Source of the DNA: Vicugna vicugna
Lineage: Eukaryota
Assembly: GCA_013265495.1 (NCBI GenBank)
Contig: MU057781.1
Location: forward strand, 498,001-562,000
Direction: 5' to 3'
Length of the DNA stretch: 64,000 nt
The position numbers were made by a program, and so were the translations under genes. Below, one piece after another: positions 1 through 12,905 of the stretch (position 1 is its first letter; each line of letters starts with the position of its first letter). The notes beneath the pieces were generated by a model that had not been told where the DNA came from, made no database searches, and was given only the letters and a program-made list of their open reading frames with translations.

Positions 1-153
1 CCAGAGGGAGCAGGGCCCTAGCGGCACGTGATTTTGTCCCAGTGGCACTGATTTTGGACTTCTGGCCTCCAGAGGCATGGCAGAACAAACCCCTCCCGCT
101 GTAAGCCCCCAGGCTTGTGGCGGTTTGTTCTGGGGCCACAGGACACTCACACA
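1..153 (+). mobile_element. MaLR (MLT1-type) LTR 3' fragment
   Basis: TGATTTTGGACTTCTGGCCTCCAGA...TAAGCC...TTGTGGCGGTTTGTT...ACA resembles the MLT1 LTR 3' end; subfamily not determined. Confidence 0.65.
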
Positions 154-164
154 CCAACCTGCCT

Positions 165-1470
165 AATGTCTCCGGGCTCCTTCGTGTATTTTGGATACAA
201 GTCCTTGCAGACATGTTCTCCCAGTCTGCAACTCGCCTTTTCTGTTCTCCGAACAGCGTTTTTTCACAGAGTAGAATTTTTTTTTTATTCCAGTGAAGCC
301 TGACTTACACACTTTGCTTTCATGGATTGTGTCTCTGGTGCAGAATCTAGAGACTTGTCAGCAAACCAAGGTCTCCTGCCTCCTCTTCTACGTTATTTTC
401 TGGGAGTTTTGCAGTTTCGTGTTTTGCATTAAGGTCTGTGATCCACATCGAGTTCATTTTGTGAGAGTGTCAGGTCTGTGTTGAGATTCATCCTTTCGCA
501 TGTGGATGTGCAGGTGTCTGAGCAACATCAGGCGAACACCGTCTCTGCTCCATGGGTTGACTGCTTTTGCTCCTCCGTCAAAGATCAGTCAGCTATGGCT
601 GCGAGTCTAGTTCTGGGCTCTCGGGTCGTTTCCACGGACACATTTGTCTTTTCTCTCACCAGTGCTGCACAGTCCCGACTACTCCAGCTTTATTTTCAGT
701 CTTGAAGTCGAGCAGAATCAGTCCTCCAACTTTGTTCTCCTTCAGTGTCGTTCTGGCTGCTCTGGGTCCTTTTCCTCTACATATAAACTTTAGAGTCAGT
801 TTGTCGATGTCCACACAACAACTCAACAGGACTTTGAATGAGCTTACGTTGAATCTATAGATTAAGTTGGGAAGAACTGACATCTTGACAATACTGACTC
901 TCCCTATCCATGAACATGGACTATCTCTCCATTTATTTAGGGCTTCTGGGACTCCAGTCATCAGAGTTTTGTCATTTTCCTCATGTAGCTCTTGGATATA
1001 TTTTTTAGATTTATACCTAAGTAGTTCCCCTCCCCCCTCTGGTGCTAATGTAAACAGTGTTTGCTTGTCATCTCAAATCCCACTTGTCATTAATGGTTTA
1101 CAAGAAAGCAACTGACTTTTGTATGTTAACTTTGTATCCTGCAGCCTGGCTGTAATCGCTTAATATTTTATTTGCTTAATAATACCAAGAGTTTTTTGGT
1201 GAATCCTTTCAAGTTCTCTACATAGACAATCGTGCCGTCTAGGAACAAGAAGAGTTTTGTTTCTTCCTTCCCAATCTGTATCCCTTTATCTCCTTTTCTT
1301 GGCTTTCTGTGCTAGCTAGGACTTTCACAACGATGTTGAAAGGAGTGATGAGCAGGGCATTCTTGCTTGTTCCTAATCTCAGGGGGATATTTTCTTGTTT
1401 CTCACTATTGAATGTGACATTGTCTGTAAGGTCTTTGTAGATGGCCTTTATCAAGTTGGGGAAGTTCCAC
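165..1470 (-). mobile_element. Old LINE-1 ORF2 fragment
   Basis: ORFs 656..961(-) 'LNKWRDSPCSWIGRVSIVKMSVLPNLIYRFN' and 1239..1454(-) 'MIKAIYKDLTDNVTFNSEKQENIPLRLGT' are L1 ORF2 motifs; broken by stops and frameshifts. Confidence 0.9.
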
Positions 1471-1515
1471 TGTATTGAATATACACTAAGTTATGATTAG
1501 AAGTTCCCATTTTTA

Positions 1516-1624
1516 GGGGGGAGGGTGTAGCTCAGTGGTAGAGCATGTGCTTAGCATGCATGAGGTCCTGGATCCAAGCCCCAGTACCTCCATTTAAAAA
1601 AACAAAAATAATAAATTTTTAAAA
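1516..1624 (+). mobile_element. tRNA-Ala-derived SINE (Vic-1-like, camelid)
   Basis: GGGGAGGGTGTAGCTCAGTGGTAGAGCATGTGCTTAGCATGCATGAGGTCCTGG head, A-rich tail, TSD AGAAGTTCCCAT at 1499-1510 and 1625-1636. Confidence 0.85.
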
Positions 1625-4619
1625 AGAAGTTCCCATCCTTTAAATTGATTTTTAAAGTTATTTTCCAGAATTCCTGGTGGAGGCAAGTTTTAGGAAGCAC
1701 GTCTCCCCACGTTCCCTTACCTCTGCAGATGCTTAGGGACCTGTCCTCACTCCAGGCAGACCCCAGCTCCCGCCCACGAGCCCCCTCCCATTCCCCACAG
1801 CCCGCCCTCCACCGCTGGTGCCTTTTCTCTCAGGGCGCCTCTCCAGTACCGCCTGCCACTTGAGCATTTTCTTCAGTCTGGAAAAGCTGTCAGGCCCCTG
1901 GAGAAGCACAGGTGGATTTAATCAAACCATCTTTTTTTAAAAGGAAAAGAAAACATTTCCTTTCTAAAGTGGATTTTAAAAATTACGCAGCGTGCTGGGC
2001 GTTGTAACGCCTCATCAGGCGCCGACACAAAGGGCTCTGAACTTGCTGCCGCCCGGCCGCGGGGCCCCCCCACCCAACTCGCTGAGCCTCCCGCGTGGCC
2101 CTGCCCTGGGGTCCTGAGGGGCCCGTGACACACACGTCCGCACGGGCCACTCAGATGGGCCTCCCACTTGCAAGATGCTTTTGTGGGCACAGTGACCGGC
2201 CCCCTGGAGCATCCCTTCTGTCCCTGCGGCGCCCTCCCGTGTCCCCTGCGCGGCCAGCAGAGGGCAGCAGCTGATGAGGAAAGGCGGGCAGGGCCGCCAG
2301 TGCCCTTCTGCAGGGCCTCCATGCTCTCTTCCACTCAGACAGTAAGGGCTGGGGGCCCGAACACCATCCCCCACCTCTCTAAAGCTCAGTGATAAAAATT
2401 GTTCACATTTAGACACAGGTGACAGTTTTCAGAGCCGTGTGTCTTTCTTTGTGACCTCATAACCCCTCTCTGCTAAGGATGGAAGACCACCCTAGACAGG
2501 CCGGGGCCCCTCCGAGGGCCTACACTGGAGGAGCAGAGCGAGGTGTGGAGCCCTGTGACCCACAGTCCCAGCGCCCCGTCCCCACGTGCCCAGGAGGGAC
2601 ATGCGGTCACCAGCACCCACTCTGGACCAAGCACCCTGGTCACCACGCTCCCCAGACAGGGGCTGCCTGGGGTGCACGTTCACCCCAACCAGGCCTCCAG
2701 TTTTAAAGTAATTCCCCAGAATTGCCCCAAGTTCATGCCCAGACGCAGGGACGGTTTTTAGAGCTCAGACTGATCTCCTGTGAACGAGCACCACCCGGGC
2801 TCGTGGCAGGTGGGGAAGGACATGCCTCGTGCTTTGTGTCTTCAGGTGATTCTGGAGCCTATTTGTCTGCACGTGTGGGCGGGGGACCTGGCAGTGTGCC
2901 CCTGAGAGTGAGCCGCTCCGTGTGATGGGTGTTTTGTAGGTGGTGAGGGCACATGCATCCGTGATAAAGGCTCATCAGAACAGTGTCCCGCATGGAAGGG
3001 AGATCTGAGCTGAGGACAGAGACAAGAGGAGGTGCCGGTTCTGGGGCGCGGTTGGGCGAGGGGTCCCTTTCTCCCTGGAGAGCCTCCCGCAGCTTCTCAG
3101 CGTCACCTGATCAACCAGGCTGACACCTTCTCCCACAGGAGAGAAGGCTCACATTGTCAAGGAGACTTTAAAGAACAAAGCTCTCTCTCAGTGAACTGGG
3201 ATAAGTGGGGGGATATTTCACATTCCCTGCACGTGATTCAAAACTCAAACCAGCTCCCAGGAAAGGAAAATCACAGCATATTCTGAACTGCGTGCCTTCA
3301 TACTTTTGCTGACGAAAGGCTCTAAACCGCTTCAGACCCGCCTTCGTATGTATAATCCAGAGAACAAAACTGCGTCGTGGGACATCGTGGCACTTAACGT
3401 TTGATTTTTGAAAGGAAGTTATCCCCATCTGTGAATTACTTCTTAAAAAAAAAAAGCTTAAAATGAGCAAGTGTCTTTCTCACTTTTAAATATCCGGTTC
3501 GAAAATAAGAAACATCACATCGCTGGTGTTCCAGAACGCAGGGGACCGCCAGCGAATGTCGGGTGCCGGCGAGTATCAAATTTAGGGAAAAAGACTTTCC
3601 CCAGGGGTGTGTGAAGGTTTCTTCCAGATTCTACTGCTCACGGATGTGTCTGGATGCCCACAACCTCACCCTGTTGCTCCACAAGTTCAAAGGACAGAGA
3701 AGCCCCCGAGTACTTCTGTGCAGGACCATGGGGTTGGGGGGGGGAGTCCCCTGCCGTCTCCGAGCCCGGGGGCCCCCGCATGTAGGCTGGATGGACGGGC
3801 TGATCCCCAGCGAGCAGGTGCCACGTCTGCCTCCTCCCTCTGCCCCAGGGATGAAAGGGAGAGAGCGGTTCGAGCTCCTGCCAGGGCACTGCCGGGGCTT
3901 GGGGGCGCCCCAGGTAGGTCAAGCTAAGGGAAGAGTTTTCTCCTGTGAACTCTTGCTTCGGGGGACCTGGAAGAGCTAAGGAACCCGAGGAGAGAAGAGA
4001 GCCATTAATTCCGGCTGTGAGCAGGATGCTGCGGGGTGAGGCCGAGGGCACAGGTGTGAACCCGCTCAGAGGAGAGGCCAGGAGCCCTCACCCGAACAAG
4101 TTTCTAAATCTGGTGTATTGCACTCTGACCAGCAGGGTACACCGATGACAATTCTGAGCCGGCTGCTACAGCTGAACGTGAAAACAATCCACATTTAAAT
4201 GGTATTCAGTCACTGAGCTCTAAATAAATCCAAGAAATTGTTTCTAAAAACTACAGGTCTGCAGGGAAGAACAATTAACAGGGCCTGTTCCTCTGTGACT
4301 TCTTCCAAACTTCCAAGACATAAAGTCCTCTTTGGGCTTGGTGAAAAATTAGATATATGGTAAGTCAGGTGTTTAAAATATCAGTTTTATTGAGCTATAA
4401 CTCATGGACAATAAAATGGAATCTCAACGTTCAACGGTTCGGTGTTGGATGAGTTTTGACAGCAGTATGCACTTGCGTAATCACTTCTCCAACAAGATAC
4501 AGAACACTCCGTCACCCCAGAATGTTCTCTCTTGCTCTCTCCCAGTCAGTCCCCACCCCACCCCACAACCACCCCCCACCACCATCAGTACAGAGTCCTT
4601 TAGCCTGTTTTAGAACTTC

Positions 4620-4990
4620 AGGGTTCTCCAGAGAAACAGAGACAATTGAATGTATGTGTATATGTTAAGAGACTTATTTTAAGAAATTGGCTCATGTGAT
4701 TGTGGGAGATGGCAAGTCTGAAATCCACATGGCAGGCCAGGAACTCGGGCAACAGCTGGAGTTACAGGTTGAGGCAGAATTCCTTCTCCGAGCAACTTCA
4801 GTACTTGCTCACAAAGCTTTCAGCTGATGGGGTGAGGTCCACCCACATGGTCAGGGGTCATCTCCTTCCCTTAAGGTCAACTGATCACAGATGTCAATCG
4901 AAACTGCAAAATACCTTCACAGCAACACCTAGATTCATCTGAGCTTTAATAACTGTACTGCACCCTAGTCAAGCTGACAAAGACTCACAG
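4620..4990 (+). mobile_element. MLT2-type (ERVL) LTR, adjoining an old L1 3' fragment (about 4380-4620, minus)
   Basis: AGGGTTCTCCAGAGAAACAGA...TTTTAAGAAATTGGCTCATGTGATTGTGGG...GGCAAGTCTGAAATC is the typical MLT2 5' part. Confidence 0.7.
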
Positions 4991-5587
4991 TCTTCATGCA
5001 CTTGGAATCACACAGTCACCCAAGTCGTTTGTATCAGCGAGTAGCAGTCTCTCGTATAAGGACAGTAGACTAGACCCCAATACACACCAGGCATTTCACA
5101 GTTTGGCCATGAGATCTGAAAATAATAAAACAAGAAAATTGCCTTTCAATACCCAGGGACTTGTAAACACCAGTTCAAATCCAGAGTAACTCACTGAGAT
5201 TTCAATTCCCTAGCATCCTTAAAATGGAATAGTTAAAAAATCTCTGGATACCAGTTGATGCCCAGTGGGACACAAGGAAAACAGCTCACTATTTTCAGGA
5301 ATATGTTACTTTTGTGCTGTTTTAAAGTTTTAACTTAATGGTAGCTAATTAACCAAAGAACACAGTCTAAACTAAAACTGATTATTTTGCTGTCACTTCA
5401 AAAGACTTATCGTTAACATAAATTAAAGCAATTGCATAGGAAAGTCTGAGGCCAACTCAGGTTTTCAACTGCTCAGGGAAAGACTAGCCAAATCTATCAG
5501 TAAAAAAGGGAAATTATAGCCCCACTTCTCCGCTCCTCTTGAAAACAAGGGATTGTTGTTACTACCTCCATTCATCTCCTCTTACTC

Positions 5588-5724
5588 TTTTTTTTAAAGT
5601 AAATTTTATTTTTGTTTTATCTGTTTTTAATTCTATTCTTTTAATGGCAGTACTGAGAGGACTGATCCCAGGACCTTGTGCATGCTAAGCACGTGCTCTT
5701 CCACTGAGCTATACCCTCCCCGCC
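5588..5724 (-). mobile_element. Vic-1-like SINE
   Basis: Reverse-complement head (CCCAGGACCTTGTGCATGCTAAGCACGTGCTCTTCCACTGAGCTATACCCTCCCC) preceded by a T-rich tail. Confidence 0.85.
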
Positions 5725-5899
5725 CCTCCTACCTTCTCTTAAACTCTCTCAAAGCAGGTTGGCACTGGCCACTCCACGGTGACTGTTTCTGCCCAGGTCA
5801 GTAACGGCATCCCAACTGCTACAACCAAGCGGTCCATCCTCAAGGCTCCTCGTGCAGAGTTTGAAAGCAGACCCCTCCCGCCTGTCTTCCGGGGCGGGG

Positions 5900-6835
5900 C
5901 TCGGGACTCCCTGTGCTCCTGGTTCTCCAGCCCACCTCCCACGTTGCCCCTCCTATGACTCCTTCCGGCTGTGTCCAGGAGCTCTTCCCCATCCGCCTCG
6001 CCTCCGGGGGTGAGCTCATCCAGTCTCTTCTGGCTTGAAATGCCTCCAGATGCTGGCGCCTCTGACTCTACACCCCCAGGCCCGACTTGCCCACGTGCAC
6101 CTGCCTTAGCAACTGCTCCACGCTGTCACAACTAACCAATCAATCAGCGTGCACGCCAACTCCGCCCAGCCGTTCCCCCGCGGCGCCCCACCTCGGGCGC
6201 AGAAACTCCCTGGTGCCAGGTGCTCAGACCACCAGAGCGCAGGGGTCCCTGAGTCCCTGCTCTTCCCAGGGCATCCACTCCAACGGTCAGTCCCAGGGCG
6301 CTCAGCCTTCCAGACTGGCATCTCTGAAACCCGACCGGTTCTCAAGCCCGCTTCCCAGGACCACCTCATCCAGGACCACTCAGCCCTCATCCCTTTCTCT
6401 GGATGACCTCAGCTCCTTGCGGTCTATTCTCAGCAGAGTGGCCCCGTTAAGGGCCAAGTCAGCTGCGACCCTTCTCTGCTTATGACCCCACTGCTTCCTA
6501 TCGCGCCGGGAGACCATCCCACTTCCTGGCACAGCCTCCTGCAGACGTCCCCACGGCTTGCCCCCTCGTCTTCTTGAGGTCTTCTTCAGTCGCCGTGTTC
6601 AAACTGCAACCCTCCCAGTACACGCTGCCTTTCCCTCCTTCCCTGCTTTACTTGTCTACCCGACTCCATCTGACTTACGACATACTCCGCTTTATGCCTG
6701 ATTTTTACTGAGATGTAAGCTCTGTGAGGGCAGGCATTTTGCTGTTTACCCCGCACCTGCGGGGCCGTGAACAGCATGTGACACATAGCAGGAGCTGACA
6801 AAAAAATAGCACTCGTGGAGTGGACAAATGTTCCT
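5900..6835 (+). mobile_element. LINE-2 remnant
   Basis: CTCATCCAGTCT...GGCTTGAAATGC near 6015 and the L2 3' motif TGTAAGCTCTGTGAGGGCAGG...ACACATAG near 6715-6790; boundaries approximate. Confidence 0.55.
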
Positions 6836-7779
6836 GATTTGAACCGATCGTCTTCCAGTGGTGCGATACGGTCACCATCAACTTCGCAATAGCCCTGAAA
6901 GAAGTTATGATTTCCCACAAAGGAATAATCCCCTCGTTGGCCACAGAAACCACACCCTCGTATGAAAGGGCGCTGGGCCACATGTATTTCAACACTATTT
7001 CCCTAAGATTGTATACTGGGACTCAAGGAACCCCTGAACTAGCAATCTGGTCGACAACGGGAGTTCTGTGCAGGGATGCCTGAGCTCCGGGGCCTGGAGC
7101 GGTGTGGGAGGAGGGTGATTTCCAGTGCGGCCACTGGCGGTGGGCGGGAAGGACGCTCTCAGGTGCTGCGCGCTCCAGCTGCGGCCGCGGCCGGGAAGCT
7201 CCGCCCTCCAGCCGCCCAGCGCGGTCTCCATTGGCTGCTCCCCTGAAGGACCGCGCCCCCATTGGCCGAAGACGCTGGAGGCGGGCCCCGCTCGGGAATG
7301 GGGCGAAGGCCGTCTCCCGCCCTCCAAAACTCCCCAGAAGGGCGGGCAGTTGGCCCGCAGCAGCAGCGCTGCTGATCCTCAGGGGAGCACTAGGCTCCAG
7401 GCCCACAGCCGCCCTCCGTCCGCGCGTCCCCCAACGCGACCATCTTTTCCAGGGGGCGGGGCGCGGCTTGGCTTGGCTTTGCTCGCGCAGGCGCAGTAGG
7501 CGCGCCCCGGCGGCCCCCACCCTCGGCCGTGCGCCCGGCCCCGCCCAGCGCAGAGGAGCCTCCCAGCGGCCCCGCCCCCGCCCGCGGCCCGCGGGGGCGG
7601 AGAGAGATGACGTCATCAAGCGGGGCGACGGGCTTTGGGCGCCATTTTGAAAAGGGAAAAAAAGTCTGGTGGTGGCGGCGGCCTGGCTGAGGTGCTTGGG
7701 CGGCAGCAGTGCGGCGGCTGCGTTCTTGCTCAGCCGCCTTCTCGGCGCCCGCCCGCGCCCGCCGGCCCGCCGGCCGGCC

Positions 7780-7786
7780 ATGGCAG
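7780..7786 (+). pseudogene. PPP2R2D: PPP2R2D exon 1 (coding part ATGGCAG)
   Basis: GCC ATG GCA G|GTGAGG; the 7-nt first coding exon typical of B55 genes. Confidence 0.85.
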
Positions 7787-7841
7787 GTGAGGAGCAGAGG
7801 TCGGGCGGGGCGCGGGCCTGACGCGCCCGGGGTGTCCGCGG

Positions 7842-7933
7842 GAGCCGGAGGCGGCGGCTGCCCCGCGGGCCCAGCGACTTGCAGCGGTGCTTCTCGCAGG
7901 TCAAGGCGGCCGTCGACGAGGACGTGGCCGAAG
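7842..7933 (+). pseudogene. PPP2R2D: PPP2R2D exon 2 remnant (92 nt, expected 93)
   Basis: AGGGGCPAG and xQRCFSQVKAAVDEDVAE lie in different frames (1-nt deletion near 7871); acceptor reads CCGCGG instead of ..CAG; donor GTGAGG at 7934. Confidence 0.9.
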
Positions 7934-10579
7934 GTGAGGCCGCGCAGCGGGGCGCGGGGCGGGCCCTGGGGCCTATGGAAGGAGCCCGGTCCGCGCAGGG
8001 AGGCGGCCCCGGGGCTGTGGAAGGAGCCCCGGTCACGCAGCCTGCGGCTCTCGGGGCTCCCTGCTCCGCAGGCGGCTGCCTCCTGCGTTCGCTGGGACTA
8101 CGGAGACGGCCGCGGGAACTGGGGACTCGGGAGGCACACAGCTGGGCTGCTGCAGACTGGCGGGAGTGGAGGGAGCTCGCACAGGCCCGCGTCGCGAGGC
8201 TCTGGTCACCTGGCGATGGGGGCAGCCTGCTGTGCCTCAGTTTCTTCTTTGAAAGCAGGGCTGGAGCACTCGATCCTCTGACGTTCTTCAGCTTCACGTC
8301 AGTTCTTGCTCCCTTCTCCAGTGATGTATTTTAAAGTTCCTGCTCCAGATTTTACTCTTGAACTTTACGGCGTTGCTTGAAGTAGGTGGATGTTTCCCTT
8401 AGTCACAGTCTCAGGTGAGCCACGGCGCAGACTCCAAGGGCGTCGCCTGCCCCAGCTTCCCACGGCGCCGCTGTCATCTCAAAGTCGAGCACTTAGAGGC
8501 TTTCCCTCACACACACGAAGGTGGACTCAGAAGTTTAATTAGAATCACATGTGGGTTCTTGTTACTGTTCTGCCGTCTTACTGAACATTGTGAACCTTTC
8601 TCCTTCTCTTGAAATTGTCTGTACGTGAAATACACCTTTCTTGCCCCCAATAACTAACAGCCTCTGGCCAGGTGTGTTACACCCTTCCTCCACCTGCCCC
8701 CTCCTTCACCCTGCACCTCTCCCTGGCAGTGTGACACCTGGAGATCCTTGGCCCTGAGAGTCGAACAGCGCCCAGGTTATTAAGCAAGTAAAACTGTGCT
8801 TTAAGAAGTTTGTAAAGATGTTCATGATTTGAGGTTGAATTCTGTTTCTTTTATATTCAAGATCCTTTTTTTTTTTAAACTTTGCAGTGCCAAGTCGGTG
8901 ACCATTCACCTTACTCAAAATTAATGTCAGGACTAAATCAAAACCCGTTTATTTAGAGGAAGGGAGCTGGGAGAGCTTAATGCCTGTCTCAATTTCTGGT
9001 TTCTCTCTTTTTAGAAGAGACGTTTTGTTGGCAAGCTGAATGACTTAAAATTTAAGGCCTACTGAAATGTATTTTAAGTGTGATGTTACGTTTTGAAAAT
9101 GGTGTTCTTTTTAAAAAAATCTTGGCAGAAATAGTCTATTCTCTAAACTGGAACTTTTTGCAATTTTAAACCCCTACTTTAAGTAAAAATTTGAATGTAT
9201 CTGAGGGTTGGTATTTTAAACTTTTTTGTAAGATGGCTTTGCGGTAGTTACCCGCATACTTTTTGATCGTTGTGTGCATTCCAGGCCTGCTGTCTTACCG
9301 CACGGAATGCTCTGGCTTTAGTAATTCACCTTACAACGTTTGTTATGCCGTCACGTAGTTGTGATAGCATTTGTTCGAGATGTGTCATTACCGTGGACGC
9401 CTGCCGTAAAGGAGGAGGAAGTAGTTGTTCACAGCTAGTGATTGTTCAGCAAGGATTAGAAAGAAACTGGTCATGGAGCTGGTTGTGCCCCGACTCCACC
9501 TTCGTGAAGAAACGTGGATGAGAGGGAGCTAGGGTGTGGGTAGCTTGAGGCTGGTTCCTGTACCCGAATACTCGGATGTAGAACTGAAGTCGTGGTCCGG
9601 GGTTGGTTTAGGTTCGTGGCTGGGGAGGTGTTTTGTTCTCGAAGGTTCGTGGTGGCCCAAGCTCTGCCTTGGAGAGCGCCCTGGTGACCCTGAGCTTTGG
9701 GCCACCTCTCTGGTTCCCGCTGCGATTGATCAGAAGATGACTGGGATCGCGTGGGCCTCTCCGCCCCTGAGGAAGGACAGCACGTGGCGAGCGTGAGGGT
9801 GTGAGGGTGCGCGTGGTCTCCCCGGCTTTGAAGGGTGAGGCGTGAGTACGGTGGAAAGTGGCTTTTGATTTCCTTTTTGTTTTTAAAACTAATAGTTTTG
9901 GGAAACTCCTGAAGAAAGTATAGTAGTGTGTAAATTTTGATGATTTTTTTTTAAACAGCAGGGTTTTGCTTGTGGGTCAGGCCAGCCATAGAGCTGCCGG
10001 GGAGTCCCATCTCCCTGCAGGTGGGCAGAGAGGTGGGCTCAGAAGGAGATGACTCATTGTCCTCTGGTGACAAGATGTGTACGTGACAGTCACTGGTGAC
10101 TTGCCCCTTTCTCCGCCCCTGCAGCAAGCTGTTGTGCTGGTAGGGTGGACTAGTCCTGAAGGTGGACTAGGTGAGCTTTTATGCCTAGATGAGCAGAAGT
10201 CAAAGTAGCCAAACCAGGCGGAGGCTTCCAGAAGGAAGTGAGAAAGGAGCTGTTAGCGTGTACCTCCAGACACTGAACGCTCTAGCTGCGACTACTCTTT
10301 GGAAGTTGTTAACCATTTGTGCAGATTTTTCATGTGTGATGTTTAGCCACCATCACTCAGCCCCTGCTCTCTTTCCTTGGACAGCTTTCACCACGTGAAC
10401 CTCTTTTACACGACAGTCCTTTGCTTGTCTGTCTTCGGTGGAGTGTGAGCTCTGTTTTAAGCTCGAAGGCTCGGTGCCCCGCCCCCAGCCCCACCACCTC
10501 ATAGAAGACCCAGCCTGGAGGTAAAGATGCCGACAGTTGTTGTGTGTTCCGGTGTTCCGGAGATTGCTTCAAGTTGTGC

Positions 10580-10715
10580 CCATTAATTCAGTCTTCAGAC
10601 AACCCTCGGAGGGAGGAACTCTTGTTCTTCCCAGTTTTAGATGCAGAAGCCAAGGTACACAAGGCAGGTAACTTGGCTGGCGGCCGCTCTGCGGCAGAGC
10701 CAGGGTTTGAAGCGG
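10580..10715 (-). mobile_element. MIR remnant
   Basis: TCTTCAGACAACCCT...CCCAGTTTTAGATGCAGAAGCCAAGG...GGTAACTTG resembles the MIR core. Confidence 0.5.
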
Positions 10716-10921
10716 GGCGGGAGTGCATCAGGGGCCCTTTGTGGCCAGGCTGAAGAAGCCCCACCATGGCACATGGCTGACCAGCCTTGGGCCTGCTCTG
10801 TCCTTGCAGAGCTCGGGAGAGGGCTCACCACCAGGAATTGTCGGACATTACCTCTGAAAGAAGTGAAACTGAGATGTCTTTAAAGGAAGTGCCCGTCAAA
10901 ACCGTGTAAGACTAGTAACAA

Positions 10922-11066
10922 GGGAGGAGGGTGTAGCTCAGGGGTAGAGCATGTGCTTAGCAGGCATGAGGTCCTGGGTTCAATCCTCAGGACCCCCTCT
11001 AAAAATAAACAAGTAAATCTAATTACCTCCTCCAAAATTTTTTTTTAATTAAAAAAAATTTTTAAA
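10922..11066 (+). mobile_element. Vic-1-like SINE
   Basis: tRNA-Ala-like head, AT-rich tail, flanking repeat GTAACAAG on both sides. Confidence 0.85.
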
Positions 11067-12871
11067 TTGGTAACAAGATTTAAGAATTGCCATTCTCAAC
11101 ATATCTGAAGAGTAGATGACACAGAAATGATAAGCACCTGGAACAGCCGCGTGCAGACAAGCGATGTCTGACGGGAAGAGGCTGCCCTCCTGCAGGGAGG
11201 CTTTGGGTCTGCTGCTGCTGTTCACTCATTGCCTTCCCTGGTTTCCTGGAGTCACGATGGGGAGGGGCCGGCCGGAGAGGGGGGTTGTCGTGGACGGTTA
11301 CCTGGTTTTGCATGCTCCTTTGTACGGGTTGATCAGAGCTGGTCCTTTTAGCTCAGGATATGTAGCTTCAAGTGTCTAGGCTTTTCCTTTGATGATTTTG
11401 TTTTCATCAGTTTTTTAGTCCAGGATCTAATCTTTTGCTTTGAATTAGACATTAATCTTTTTCTAACAAAAGAATGTTTAACAAAGCTAAAGGTTGATCT
11501 GCTTAACTCAAGCTTGAGTCTGGGGAATTGTATAAATAATGTGGTATCTGGGTAATGGTATGGCCAGCCTTTTTGAAAGAGTTTACGTAGATACCATGAA
11601 AGAACGAAACGTTTAAATCAGGGGAGGATAAGAGAAATTCAGAGCACTTGGGCACCAACAGCAGTCGTGTTTCATTGAATATGAGATACAAGTGATTTCA
11701 GAGCTGTTAAAATGAGGGAAATGTGCTCTTTGGAATCACTGAAATACCAGATTTGTGAATGCAAAGCTTTCCAGTGTAGTCATTATTTTTAGAGTGCTGT
11801 GATAGATTTTTCTGTGTGTAGAAAATGGGCACCCCGTGTTCATCACTGGCCTTTTCAGTGAGGGCGGTGGGGCTCTGTGTCGGGCGTTTGGATTTTGTCC
11901 GGTCGGATGCTTACCTGCTAGTGTAGCATTCCCGCTTACTTCCTGTTTATCCCTGTGCTGCCGGAGAGAGCCTTCAGGACGGCATCTTCTGGGGAGGGCC
12001 ATCAAACACGAAAAGGATCTGGAGACATCCTTGCAGTTTAATTAGAGGAGAGCTTCCTGGGGAGATTCTGCCTTGAGGAAATCAGGTGTGTGTGGCTTTC
12101 TGAAGATGAATGTGTTCAGTGTGCCTGCTGAGCCCAGCTGCACTGTGGTGTCTCTGAAGTCAGACTGTCCATTGGAGAAGCGGGACTGATGTTACTTTAT
12201 ACTCAGATGATTTTTTTATTCCTTGATTTTAAAACATCTGTTGTTTCAGTGGGGAACTTGGGGTTCAGTTCGTGTCTGCTCTTTACCATCTGAAGGCCCT
12301 TTCTGAACCTCAGCTTGCTTATCTAGCAGTTACGTTATGAGATTTTCACTGAGATAAAGCAGGGTCGGGGCTTCTGCACCTGTAAGGTGGTGGTGAAGTG
12401 TCCGCGAATTCTCATGTGTTTTACGGTGTTTGGGCTTGGTTGTAGCTGTATTTAAATATGAAAACAGCAGTTGCTTGTTTTTCCTGACCTCCCCCCAGTC
12501 TCTCTGCTCACCCCAGATCCCTTGCGTAGGGCCTGACCTGTTGGTTTTTCCATGCCTGTTCAGCGATCTTTCCCCTCCCCTGATCTTTGCTCACACTTCT
12601 TTCCCAGCTTAGAACGCAGGTTTCCCCTGCTGTCTGGAAGCAGAGCACTCCTACAGAACCTTCCTTTTGTGAGCTGAAATGGTGGAAAGGGAGGAAGCAG
12701 TTACCTTAGGACACGTCCTGCTGGCAGACGCTCAGCTGAGACGAAGCACAGGCGCTCACAGGCGCAGTTGAGCGCTCTGGTGGCTGGATGCTGAGACGGC
12801 TGCGCACTGCCTGTGCAACGGATTCCTGCAAAACACACTGAAGGCTTTTTTCGCATTTCGTTTGTTTGCTT

Positions 12872-12905
12872 GTTTTGGTTTTGGTTTTTGGTTTTTGGTT
12901 TTTGC
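12872..12905 (+). repeat. (TTTTTGG)n simple repeat
   Basis: GTTTTGGTTTTGGTTTTTGGTTTTTGGTTTTTG read directly. Confidence 0.8.

Larger units (their letters stand above)
7100..8200 (+). promoter_or_regulatory. CpG-island promoter of the PPP2R2D locus
   Basis: Very CpG-dense; reverse CCAAT (ATTGG) at 7230 and 7261; NRF1-like GCGCAGGCGCA 7485-7495; GC boxes; perfect CRE TGACGTCA 7608-7615; YY1-like CGCCATTTT 7640-7648; GCCATGG start at 7780. Confidence 0.85.

Noticed and set aside
1516..1592. tRNA-Ala-like sequences as real tRNA genes
   Set aside because: They have A-rich tails, TSDs and broken stems and recur many times, so they are SINEs
7968..8034. Imperfect 24-bp direct repeat GGGGC..TGGAAGGAGCCC(C)GGTC after exon 2
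   Set aside because: Two copies only; ordinary local duplication in an intron
7023..8297. 424-aa minus-strand ORF and other long ORFs over the first CpG island
   Set aside because: Low-complexity R/A/P/G translation expected from stop-poor GC-rich DNA; non-ATG start and no recognisable domain
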